Source: Anthoceros angustus (taxonomy: Eukaryota; Plantae; Anthocerotophyta). From it: a stretch of 64,000 nt of DNA. Made by a program: the position numbers and the translations under genes. Of this stretch, positions 38,442-50,291 are shown piece after piece. Under the pieces are notes generated by a model. It saw only the letters and a list, made by a program, of their open reading frames with translations, searched no databases and was not told the origin of the DNA. The DNA lies in the NCBI GenBank assembly GCA_010909165.1, contig MU008151.1, positions 310,001 through 374,000 on the forward strand, read 5' to 3'. Within the stretch, counting starts at the first letter, position 1. Every line of letters starts with the position of its first letter.

Positions 38442-39231
38442 AGTTCATAACCCTAGTGGTGGGCGGGTGACGGTCAATCGGGCCTGGCGGAAGAAGACCA
38501 CACCGACGCGGGCAATTTCAAGGAGAAAGCGGTGGGCGGGCTGACAAGTTGGGCGGGCGCACGCATGCGTGCTCGATCGAACTCTCCTTTGCATGCAGGC
38601 AGGCGGTAGCGGCCGGTCAGGCAATGGCGGTATGAGGAGGAAAACTCACGCGCTCGGGGCATACTGGCGAAGGGAGGAAATAGGCGCTGAGACAGGGGCT
38701 CAGCGCGGGGAGAAGCAGAAGGAGCGCATGAGGGTGGTGCCTTCCCTCTCTGAGCCAAGGTCTGCAGGAGAGCCGGAGGATTTTTTGGAGAACGAAAGAG
38801 GAAGGAAGATGGCGCCTCGAGCCGCGGCAAAAATTCCCACCACGCAGTGGCCCAACATGGACCACTGGAAGGTTAGAGCTGGCAGCCTTGTGCAGGAACT
38901 GGGCCTGGATTTCATGGAGAAGAAATGGTGCTCTGACGGCCCGGCATTGGTGCGAGTCGCCAGTGAAGGTGCAGAGGCGGCCGAGGAAGAGGCCGCAAAT
39001 TGGGATTTGGGGCTCTTCCGATCCGTGTATGGGCGAGAGGAATTGGAGGAGGGGAGCACAGTGATTGACCCCGGAGGAAGAAGACCCAGGCTGCAGCCCA
39101 GCGCTCATGAAGCTGGGAAGTGAGAGTTAACAATGGATGGGTGACTCGCTCGTATGCACTGCAGTGGTGGGATTGGCCAAGTGGATTTTGTGTTTCCTGA
39201 GCCGGAAGTTGGATCACATGGCGGACCACTT

Positions 39232-40568
39232 CTTGGTCTTCCCCAAGGGCACCGCACAGGAAGAGGCGCCCAGCCTTGGGCATCACAGGCCCTTGCCTGC
39301 CCACGAGCAAAGGCCAGTAAGCCTCTTGAGTGGCATTGCCTGCCAAGGCTGCATTGATGATTGCGTCCTTTCCTTCCGCTTCCCATGTTGTCCCCTGGAT
39401 GTTGATCTCCGTAACGTCTTGTTGACTTGAATACAGTTCATCAAGTCTCTAAACATGTCATGATCCAGGGCGTCCCAGAGAAATGTCGAGCTTTTTCAGA
39501 GATGCGTTGCCCTCCAAGGATCTCAGCAACTCTTTCTTGAACGAGGCGTGGCCCTCGAGCGATCAAGTCCAGGACACGCAGTGCTTTGCATTCCGGGAGC
39601 AACTGGACAAGGCGCATCCACATCCGTCGCAGCTGATATTCGGAGACGAAGTTCAGATATGGTGGAGTTGTGGCGTAACCCGTCCAGGCCGTGGATGAGA
39701 GCATATGGAGTGGTGACAAGCATCTCGATACGATCGTTGGTGCGCAGCATTCCGGCCAGGGCGTCTGCCAGGCCTGCCTCCCCATCCTTCGAGATATCCA
39801 AATAAAGCTTGTGACGCCAGAGATGGAGGCATTCTCATCCGCGCGGGTGAAAGCAAGTTTGAGCACAGTGCCCATGGGCCGCCGGGAATGGGACCCGCAA
39901 TGCAACGCCGGAATGCCATGCAACGCCAGATACCGGAGCGTGGCACAGAGCGGAAGAGCATTTGCAATACACTGGGCTCCCCACATCCATGCCGATGTCT
40001 TCAGTGACAGATCCTTGAGACGGGGAGCCGTGGCCAGAATGCGGGCCAGGTGCTGTGCCCCTTCAGCACCTCCCACCTCGTTCCTCTAAGTCAACTCCAG
40101 GACAGAATCCTTGTTGAAGCCTTTGGCCAGGGCACCCAGTCCCGCGGCATCAAGCCCAACGGTGCTGAAAGTTTCGTAAGCTGCGACTGGATGCAACAAG
40201 CTGGCCCAGAGCCTCGCAAGCCGCCTGCCTTCCAAAACCTTCACAGCCACAGTCAGATATTCCAGGAAGGGTTGGACGCCAGGCCCCCAACAGAACCGAC
40301 ACTTCATCCTCCCGATCCAAGCCGATGGCCCACCCTCAATGGTTATGAACTCGAGACTGCGGCAGTTGGCAATGGCTGTCAACACCCGCTTGCACTCGCC
40401 AGTGCCTTCCCTCATCACCACGGATTCGATCAGTGAAGTAGCCGCCATACTCTTCTTCATATGCAGATCGGGTAGTTCGGACACGGCATTCCGGCCCAGA
40501 TCTAGCAGCAGCTGCTGCAGCTTAACCGGCAGCGCGCGCCAATCCTCCGCCTCATGCTCTTCCGCCAT
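39232..40568 (-). pseudogene. Second copy of the TRN1-like 5' region (LRRs to P-loop), truncated
   Basis: Colinear with 36648-38011. Breaks at LFLCGALGED. The upstream flank 40569-41160 also duplicates 38012-38590. Confidence 0.9.
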
Positions 40569-40844
40569 GCTCTGCTATGCTGTGCTATGCTATGCTATGC
40601 CGGACTGCTAGAATGGAATGAGGGCCAGGCAGGTGCTGTGCTCCTCCAGGCCACACCACATCCCGCGGCCTTCAGCCCTGGCAGGCAGGCCCCACGCAGC
40701 GAAACTTCCCACATGAACGGCGAAACAGCCCATGCTAAAATAAGTAAATGAAGTAATGGAATGGGAATTTGTCCGGGTCAGTCGAGATCAGGACACCGGA
40801 ACGGAACGGAAACGGCTCCCGTGCACGGTCCCTGTGATGAATGA

Positions 40845-41013
40845 TGGGCTGGGTTGGGTTGGGTTGGGTTGGGTTGGGTTGGGTTGGGTTGGGTTGGGTT
40901 AGGTTGGGTTGGGTTGGGTTGGGTTGGGTTGGGTTGGGTTGGGTTGGGTTGGGTTGGGTTGGGTTGGGTTGGGTTGGGTTGGGTTGGGTTGGGTTGGGTT
41001 GGGTTGGGTTGGG
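40845..41013 (+). repeat. (GGGTT)n array, about 33 units
   Basis: Read directly. One AGGTT variant at ~40901. Confidence 0.97.
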
Positions 41014-42919
41014 AGTTCATAACCCTAGTGGTGGGCGGGGTGACGGTCAATCGGAGCGCGGAAGAAGACCACACCCGGAGGGCCAATTTCAAGGAGAAAG
41101 GGCGGGCTGACAAGTTGGGCGAGGGCGCCGCATGCGTGGTGCTGATCGAACTCTCCTTCCTCGGCCCTCCTTGATTTCACCCTTTTTGATTCATGTGTTT
41201 GCGCATTCCGGATGCCTAACAGAGTTGGAAGCTGTGTCTGCCCTTCATAGCTGGAAACCGGTCAGGGAACTCAAGGTAGAGGAGGAGGAGTGTAAGGAGG
41301 ACTCAAGGAAGGATTCCAGCAGTTGGGAATGCGCCTCTCCAGAAGATTCGGATGAAGGTGGGGAGGTTTCCAAGGGCAAGAAGCGGAGGGTGGCGGCAGT
41401 GAGCAGTCGGCCAAAGGAAGGGCAGTGCGGCGGAGGAGGAACCTGACTACACCTAGGGTCACAGTCGAAGTCGTGGTGAAGGAAGAAGATAAAGGAAAGC
41501 AGTTGTTCCCCTTCAGTGCGGAGGGCAGTCGCCGCTAGGAGAGGTGGAGTGAATGAAGGAGCAGACCAACCCCTAGGAGAGGAAGGCTTAGTTTGACCCC
41601 GGGCCAGCGGACTCAAGGACATTTTTGGCGATATCTCACGACCCGTCCGGTGAAGTGGAAGCGAATGAGCGTCAGGTGTGTGGAAGGAAATGGGCACGGG
41701 AATAGCCCAATTCGGGAATCTGCAGGCTCTGACCTCTGCCATGGCTCAAACTCAAGCGGATCTTCTCGACCATGGCTCTCACTTGGTCGAGTGTGCGAGG
41801 CGGGCCAGAAGAAGGCGAGCTACGACCGTAGTAGCCAGCAACCACCGTGGGAAGCAACCACCGGTGGCTAAATCGACCCGTGGGAAGCACCACGGTGGCT
41901 AAATCGCCACCGTCGCGGAAGGAGGAACGGTGAAGCCACGCGAGCACTACGGATGGGGATGACTCCCTGGAACCCCAGGCGCGGCCCAGGATTGTCCAGG
42001 AGGAGGAGGTAAGGACCTGTAGCGAAGGCGTGTGTCTTGCAGGCGTCTGGATGAGGATGCTCATGTCCACCCTGCATGGTGGCCAGTGCTCACTCTAAAT
42101 GTGTATGTGGTTGTTGGGACGGGAGGCGGAAACTATCCGCATCTTAAGCGCCACGGCGTTTACGATGGTTCCTTGAGCGGGGCTACCGCAAGTGGTGCTT
42201 GAGGAGATCGGTGGGCGGAGGCTAGAACATGGAGGAGGGCGCCGTGGCTGTCAGCGATGAGGAGGCGAGACAACAGGCATAGAGGCCATAGACGCGCGAC
42301 GCCCACGGGAAGATGCGAAGAAACCGCAGGCAGCGAAAGTGAGGTGGAGGTTTTGGGGGTGAATCGTTCGGATCAGAGGCGTGGCAGGAGAGCAAGAGGG
42401 ACCCCCATAGGCCGCAGGGCTAGGCAGCAACCACGGCGGCGGCCGCGCTGATTTTAGAGGAGTGCGACATCATAGGCCGGGGTTTCTTTTTGGGTTAGAG
42501 GATAGGATGTTTTGAGAGCCTGCGGAGCTGTAGTTGCCTGAATTGGTAGGAGCGCTCGTGGTGGGGGCCATAATTTTTAGACATTGGAGAGAAGTGAGTT
42601 GTGGTGATCCGCAGCTGGATGTATAAGAGACCCTTTTTGTGTCTCTCTTAACAGACAATTTTAGGTGTGAATTCTGCGCGCGAGGTTGGTTGGAGACGTC
42701 TGATCAGCATCAAACTGGTTCGGTGCACTGTTTTCTCATCACAAGAAGGTCAGGAAGGTCCCTGGGTGGTCGAGAGCGGAGTGGCCAAGCTCCACGTCTG
42801 GGTTGCTAAGCGGTGAGGGGTAACCGGTGCATGCTGAGTCGGGGATAGGAATTTCCGCGGAAGGAATTTCCAAGTACTAACCAGTGTTTTTTTCTGTCCC
42901 TCCCTCCGCTCCCTACGGT

Positions 42920-44590
42920 AGGGAGACACTCTCATCCTACCTACCTATCTACCTACCTAACTAATGCCCGTAGGGAGCCCCTGCTACCCTACATCCTACC
43001 CATGTAGGGCAGGGAGACACTCTCATCCTACCTATCTACCTACCTAACTAATGCCCGTGAGAGCCACGCTACCCTACATCCGTAGGAGTCCCTGCTACCA
43101 TACATCCTACCCATGTAGGGGCGGGAGACACTCTCATCCTACCTATCTACCTACCTAACTAATGCGTGAGAGCCCACGCTACCCTACATCCGTAGGAGTC
43201 CACCTACCATACATCCTACCCATGTAGGGGGAGACACTCATCCTACCATCTACCTACCTAACTAATGCGTGAGAGCCCACCTACATCCGTAGGAGTCCAC
43301 CGCTACCCTACATCCGTGAGAGCCCTGCTACCCTACATCCGTGAGAGTCCACTGCTACCATACATCCTACCATGTGAGGCGGAGACACTCTCATCCTACC
43401 TATCTACCTACCTAACTAATGCGTGAGAGCCCACCTACCCTACATCCGTAGGAGTCCACCATACATCCTACCCATGTAGGGCGGGAGACACTCTCATCCT
43501 ACCCATGTCTACCTACCTAACTAATGCGTGAGCCCCAGCACCCTACATCCTACCCATGTGGGGCGGAGACACTCTCATCCTACCATCTACCTACCTAACT
43601 AATGCGTGAGAGCCCCCGCTACCCTACATCCGTAGGAGTCCACTGCTACCATACATCCTACCCATGTGGGGCGGAGACACTCTCATCCTACCATCTACCT
43701 ACCTAACTAATGCGTGAGAGCCCACCTGCACCCTACATCCGTAGGAGTCCACTGCTACCATACATCCTACCCATGTGGCGGGAGACACTCTCATCCTACC
43801 TATCTACCTACCTAACTAATGCCCGTGAGAGCCACGCTACCCTACATCCGTAGGAGTCCACTGCTACCATACATCCTACCCATGTGGGGCGGAGACACTC
43901 ATCCTACCTATCTACCTACCTAACTAATGCCCGTGAGCCCCTGCTACCCTACATCCGTAGGGAGCCCCTGCTACCCTACATCCGTAGGGAGCCCCTGCTA
44001 CCCTACATCCGTAGGGAGTCCCTGCTACCATACATCCTACCATGTAGGGCAGGGAGACACTCTCATCCTACCTATCTACCTACCTAGCTAATGCCCGTAG
44101 GGAGCCCCTCTACCCTACATCCGTAGGGAGTCCCTGCTACCATACATCCTACCCATGTAGGGCAGGGAGACACTCTCATCCTACCTATCTACCTACCTAA
44201 CTAATGCCCGTGAGCCCTGCTACCCTACATCCTACCCATGTAGGGGAGACACTCTCATCCTACCATCTACCTACCTAACTAATGCCCGTGAGAGCCCACC
44301 TACCCTACATCCGTAGGAGTCCACCATACATCCTACCCATGTGGGGCGGAGACACTCTCATCCTACCTGTCTACCTACCTAACTAATGCGTGAGAGCCCA
44401 CTACCCTACATCCGTGAGCCCACCTACCCTACATCCTACCCATGTAGGGGGCGGAGACACTCTCATCCTACCTATCTACCTACCTAACTAATGCCCGTGA
44501 GAGCCCACTACCCTACATCCGTAGGGAGCCCCTGCTACCCTACATCCGTAGGGAGTCCCTGCTACCATACATCCTACCCATGTAGGGCCA
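42920..44590. repeat. Satellite, ~90-140 bp unit, about 15 copies
   Basis: Unit ggagacactctcatcctacctatctacctacctaactaatgcccgt-[agggagcccctgctaccctacatccgt]n-..catcctacccatgtaggg. Confidence 0.95.
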
Positions 44591-44624
44591 CCCTGGTCAC
44601 CCTACATACTACCTGCATCTCTCT

Positions 44625-45815
44625 CCCCTACTTATGGACACGCACCGTCCTACCCATATACATGCACCGTCCTACCCATATACATGGACGGTGTCGTCCT
44701 ACCCATATACATGCACCGTCCTACCCATATACATGGACACACCGTCCGACCCATATACATGATCCCCATATACATGGACACACCGTCCTACCCATATACA
44801 TGATCCCCTACTTATGGACACGCACCGTCCTACCCATATACATGCACCGTCCTACCCATATACATGGACACACCGTCCTACCCATATACATGACACACCG
44901 TCCTACCCACATACATGGACACACCGTCCCGTCCTACCCATATACATGGACACACCTGCACCATATACATGGACACACCTGCACCATATACATGGACACA
45001 CCTGCACCATATACATGGACACACCTGCACCATATACATGGACACACCTGCACCATATACATGGACACACCGTCCTACCCATATACATGGACACACCTGC
45101 AAATATAATAAGCTGAAAGACACACCTGCACCATATACATGGACACACCTGCACCATATACATGGACACACCTGCACCATATACATGGACACACCGTCCT
45201 ACCCATATACATGGACACACCTGCAAATATAATAAGCTGAAACAGACACGCACCGTCCTACCCATAAGCTGAAACCTGCACCATATACATGGACACACCT
45301 ACACCATATACATGGACACACCGTCCTATGCAAATATAATAAGCTGAAACAGACACGCACCGTCCTACCCATAAGCTGAAACCTGCACCATATACATGGA
45401 CACACCTGCACCATATACATGGACACACCGTCCTACCCATATACATGGACACACCTGCAAATATAATAAGCTGAAACAGACACGCACCGTCCTACCCATA
45501 AGCTGAAACAGACACGCACCGTCCTACCCATATACATGGACATGGACACACCGTCCCATATACATGGACACACCTGCAAATATAATAAGCTGAAACAGAC
45601 ACGCACCGTCCTACCCATATACATGGACACGGCAAATATAATAAGCTGAAACACCTCACCCAAAAGGTGCCCCATCTTGGTTTTGATCCACCCCTAGGAC
45701 GCTTAACTTTGGAGCGTCCTACCCATATACATGGACACAGCAAATATAATAAGCTGAAACACCTCACCCAAAAGGTGCCCCATCTTGGTTTTGATCCACC
45801 CCTAGGACGCTTAAG
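44625..45815. repeat. Minisatellite of 20-27 bp modules
   Basis: ccatatacatggacacacctgca, caccgtcctacccatatacatgga and caaatataataagctgaaac modules. It ends with a ~105-bp duplication (45632-45705 / 45740-45815). Confidence 0.95.
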
Positions 45816-46014
45816 TTCTCACGGCTTCATTGTCCAACACACCCAATCGGCTTGTGCACAACCCTTTACTTGAATAAACTGGAGTTATTCCCCGGTGAAC
45901 TCCTCACGCCTCCACAACATCTCGTATCAACCCTCCTTGCTACCCATTTCTCTTCGCGCCACCACAACGGCCTCCCTTCACTTTGACTTGCATTTGCAAA
46001 TTCCGCCGTCATGA

Positions 46015-47520
46015 TGCACACCCGTTGTGATCCCTTCACCATGTTGCACACGCACTCCTTCTATGGTTTGGCCACACCTCCATCTTGCAGCCCATCTACA
46101 AATTCACTGCCGTGAGTGCTCTACCACGGCCTTTCCTAGTTCAACACCGGCCATCCTCACATCGTGACTCCATTGAGAGCACTTCCATGTGCCTCGGCAC
46201 CGCCATGGCCTCCTCTTGCAACCCTTGTGGCTGCTCACCACAACATGAGCTCCTCGCTCCCATCCTTGCACCGATTCTTGCTCCTCTCTCGCATCTTGAG
46301 CTCCCAACCTAGAGCCCCGCAGCAGATCCCCACAATTCCACCATTACGGGCACTTGGCCCATCTTCCTGACAACCCTTGCCACACATCTCTACCTAGCAG
46401 TCCTCCTTCTTGCAAAATCTCAGCAATATGAGCACGCCCATGTCTCACTTCTTCCACACGTGTGGCAAATTACTTTGCCTTCCCTCAAACTTGGTGGTGG
46501 TCCCCAATAATCGGGGCCTTTGCCTCTGCAAGCCTATCAACAGCTGCTTGTGCAGCAACCTCAAGCTACTTCCTTGGCTTAATTGCCTTCACCCTTTTCC
46601 TACCGTGGTAGGAGCTACTCCTACGCTGGTAGGTCATCAAAACGCTAGCTAGGCCGCTTACCTACAGTGGTAGGACATTCTCCTACCCATACCTACGGTG
46701 GTAGGAGTTCTCTCCACTTAGCCTACTATGGTAGGAGTTTCTCCTACGGTGGTAGGATACCTCCTACCACGGTAGGACATCTCCTACCACGGTAGGACAT
46801 CTCATACCGTTCACATATGTCTCCTACCCTCCTCACTAGAAGATCATTTCGATCCGTTTCTTTTCCCCTAAGTATCCTCTCTGCCTTCCCGACAGCATCC
46901 TACAGCTCCAGCTTCAATCGGAACAAAAACATTTCTCGCATGTTTCCACCAAACCATTTCTATCAAAAGAATTCGGACATGTTCAAAAACAACTCACTTA
47001 AACCAGTTGCCCAAACTTTTGCGTTCCACACTTGGTACTTAACAACTTGTACCATGGTGTCCTAAGCTACTTGTACCATGGTATGCCTAAGCTACTTGCA
47101 CCAAGGGCATCCACTCCCTTCAGGCACCCCATCTAAGTACCGATCTAAGCTCAGGTAATAAGCACGTTCTTATAAATGTGTGTCATATAAATGTGTGTCA
47201 TAAATATTTGTCATATAAATGTGTGTCATATAAATGTGTGTCAGTAGATATATGGATATAGACATATACTGGAGAGGTTATATGGACATCTTCGCCATCC
47301 ATGTGCTGGTCATAGTTGGGGTGCAGATCACGTGGAAGGGGAAAGTACTGCCACCTCCACTCTCTTGTGGCCTGTGTGATTGATGTAAATTTCTTGTCCT
47401 TCCCCTAACCGGAGCTTTCCTATGTATGCAATCAAAGTTTTTCCAAGTGGATCCTCTCCACTAGACATTGGATATGGACATCTTCCTTGGATATGGACAT
47501 CTTGGAAGGTTGGTTTCCAT
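46015..47520. repeat. Block duplicated at 51482-52925 and partly at 53368-53780
   Basis: gcacacccgttgtgatcccttcacc at 46016 and 51481. Contains ggtaggag..ctcctac and ataaatgtgtgtcat micro-repeats. Confidence 0.85.
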
Positions 47521-50291
47521 CCACAGGTCCCGGCAGTGGATATTTTCTCACAGGATATCTTGTCAACCTTCTCGGAGGTTGCTTTAGATGCAACTGAGTT
47601 TTATCTTCTCCTGAAGCAGGTGCAGGAGAGAAAGTGAGTGAAGATGTGTACCTTTCGGCCAAACGACTTGTCTCTCCTTGCCCGCTGAGAAAGCCCTGGC
47701 CGTCTACCTGCAAGGACCAGCTTCTGAGTTCGAAAACAGAGGTGCTCTGCAGACCAACCTTCCAAGATGGCATCCGCTGCTGGCCCTGGCCATGCGGATG
47801 CCATCTTGAAGGTTGGTTTCCATCCACAGGTCCCGGCAGTGGATATTTTCTCACAGGATATCTTGTCAACCCCACGTTGAAGTTGAGGATGTTCGGCGAC
47901 GTCAGGTCCTCGATCACCACGATGATGCGCTCGTCTGGACTCCACAGGCTCCGCAGCGTCTGCCCCGACGTGGCCGGGGTAGGCTTGGTTCTCGTCACCA
48001 CCCGCACGCGCCACCCGCTGCGCTGCTGCAGCTCCTCCAGCTGCTCCTCCACTTCCCCGCCATGGCAACAGGGCAGGAGCTGTCCGCAAGGTTTAGACTT
48101 ACCGGACGATGATGGACAGGATGCTGCCGGGATTGCGGACGCTGCTGGCCCTGGCCATGCGGATGCCATCTTGGAAGGTTGGTTTCCATCCACAGGTCCC
48201 GGCAGTGGATATTTTCTCACAGGATATCTTGTCAACCTTCTCGGAGGTTGCCTTGGATGCAACTGAGTTTTATCTTCTCCTGAAACAGGAGCAGGAGCAG
48301 GAGCAGGAGAAGAGAAAGTGAGTGAAGATGTGTACCTTTCGGCCAAACGACTTGTCTCTCCTTGCCCGCTGAGAAAGCCCTGGCCGTCTACCTGCAAGGA
48401 CCAGCTTCTGAGTTCGAAAACAGAGGTGCTCTGCTTGCGTGGCCCGAACGAGGTCAGGAGGGCTAAATACAGCTCTCACAGGGCTCATTACTAGCTGTTA
48501 CTGCATACCCTCCTGCATTTCACCTAAGCGTCAGCATGTATTTCCTTCGCCTTTCGCAGTGTCTCCACCTTCACATTTTGCCCATCCATTAATACACCTT
48601 CCTCGATCTCTGCAAGACAGCCACATGCTTGGACCATACTAATAAGAGTTCAAGCATCTGGCCACACTTTCCTTCGCATTTCCGAGTCAAGCCTGCAAAG
48701 CCCTCTCCCCTTCACCCTGAGCAAACGCTGCAAGCATTGAGCATCCTCCGTACCGCCACACTTAGCATACATACTTACCAGCGTGTTTGCAACAAAATCA
48801 GTTGCTGCAAAACCCATGCATGCAGCTTCAGCATGTACCTGCTTCCCCTTGTGCAGGGCCTCTGCCTTGACAGTGCCCATCCACAACTCCACTCTCTTGT
48901 GGCCTGTGTGATTGATGTAAATTTCTTGTCCTTCCCCTAACCGGAGCTTTCCTATGTATGCAATCAAAGTTTTTCCAAGTGGATCCTCTCCACTAGACAT
49001 TGGATATGGACATCTTCCTTGGATATGGACATCTTGGAAGGTTGGTTTCCATCCACAGGTCCCGGCAGTGGATATTTTCTCACAGGATATCTTGTCAACC
49101 TTCTCGGAGGTTGCTTTAGATGCAACTGAGTTTTATCTTCTCCTGAAGCAGGTGCAGGAGAAGAGAAAGTGAGTGAAGATGTGTACCTTTCGGCCAAACG
49201 ACTTGTCTCTCCTTGCCCGCTGAGAAAGCCCTGGCCGTCTACCTGCAAGGACCAGCTTCTGAGTTCGAGTACAGAGGTGCTCTGCGAACCAACCTTCCAA
49301 GATGGCATCCGCTGCTGGCCCTGGCCATGCGGATGCCATCTTGGAAGGTTGGTTTCCATCCACAGGTCCCGGCAGTGGATATTTTCTCACAGGATATCTT
49401 GTCAACCCACGTTGAAGTTGAGGATGTTCGGCGACGTCAGGTCCTCGATCACCACGATGATGCGCTCGTCTGACTCCACAGGCTCCGCAGCGTCTGCCCC
49501 GACGTGGCCGGGGTAGGCTTGGTTCTCGTCACCACCCGCACGCGCCACCCGCTGCGCTGCTGCAGCTCCTCCAGCTGCTCCTCCACTTCCCCCGCCATGG
49601 CAACAGGAGCAGGAGCTGTCCGCAAGGTTTAGACTTACCGGACGATGATGGACAGGATGCTGCCGGGATTGCGGACGCTGCTGGCCCTGGCCATGCGGAT
49701 GCCATCTTGGAAGGTTGGTTTCCATCCACAGGTCCCGGCAGTGGATATTTTCTCACAGGATATCTTGTCAACCTTCTCGGAGGTTGCCTTGGATGCAACT
49801 GAGTTTTATCTTCTCCTGAAACAGGAGCAGGAGCAGGAGCAGGAGAAGAGAAAGTGAGTGAAGATGTGTACCTTTCGGCCAAACGACTTGTCTCTCCTTG
49901 CCCGCTGAGAAAGCCCTGGCCGTCTACCTGCAAGGACCAGCTTCTGAGTTCGAAAACAGAGGTGCTCTGCTTGCGTGGCCCGAACGAGGTCGGGAGGGCT
50001 AAATACAGCTCTCACAGGGGCTCATTACTAGCTGTTACTGCATACCCCGTCTCCTGCATTTCACCTAAGCGTCAGCATGTATTTCCTTCGCCTTTCGCAG
50101 TGTCTCCACCTTCACATTTTGCCCATCCATTAATACACCTTCCTCGATCTCTGCAAGACAGCCACATGCTTGGACCATACTAATAAGAGTTCAAGCATCT
50201 GGCCGCACACTTTCCCTTCGCATTTCCGAGTCAAGCCTGCAAAGCCCTCTCCCTTCACCCTGAGCAAACGCTGCAAGCATTGAGCATCCTC
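47355..50291. repeat. ~1.5 kb chimeric unit in two tandem copies (third copy 53622-55176) with inverted TPM 5' fragment and PPR fragment
   Basis: Minus-strand MASAWPGPAASAIPAASCPSSSG..GEVEEQLEELQQRSGWRVRVV..SPNILNFNVG at 47871-48170, 49406-49706 and 54143-54443. PPR piece FVANTLVSMYAKCG at ~48750-48890. Confidence 0.92.

Noticed and set aside
38569-39230. 184-aa ORF, possibly a retroelement accessory fragment
   Set aside because: No diagnostic motif recognised.
38212-41174. (WVGLG)n / (PNPTQ)n proteins
   Set aside because: These are translations of the (GGGTT)n microsatellites.
41160-42870. Possible LINE ORF1/gag-like remnant
   Set aside because: Purine-rich broken ORFs with no convincing zinc knuckle, endonuclease or RT motif.
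43884-45767. His/Thr/Pro-rich ORFs
   Set aside because: These are minisatellite translations.
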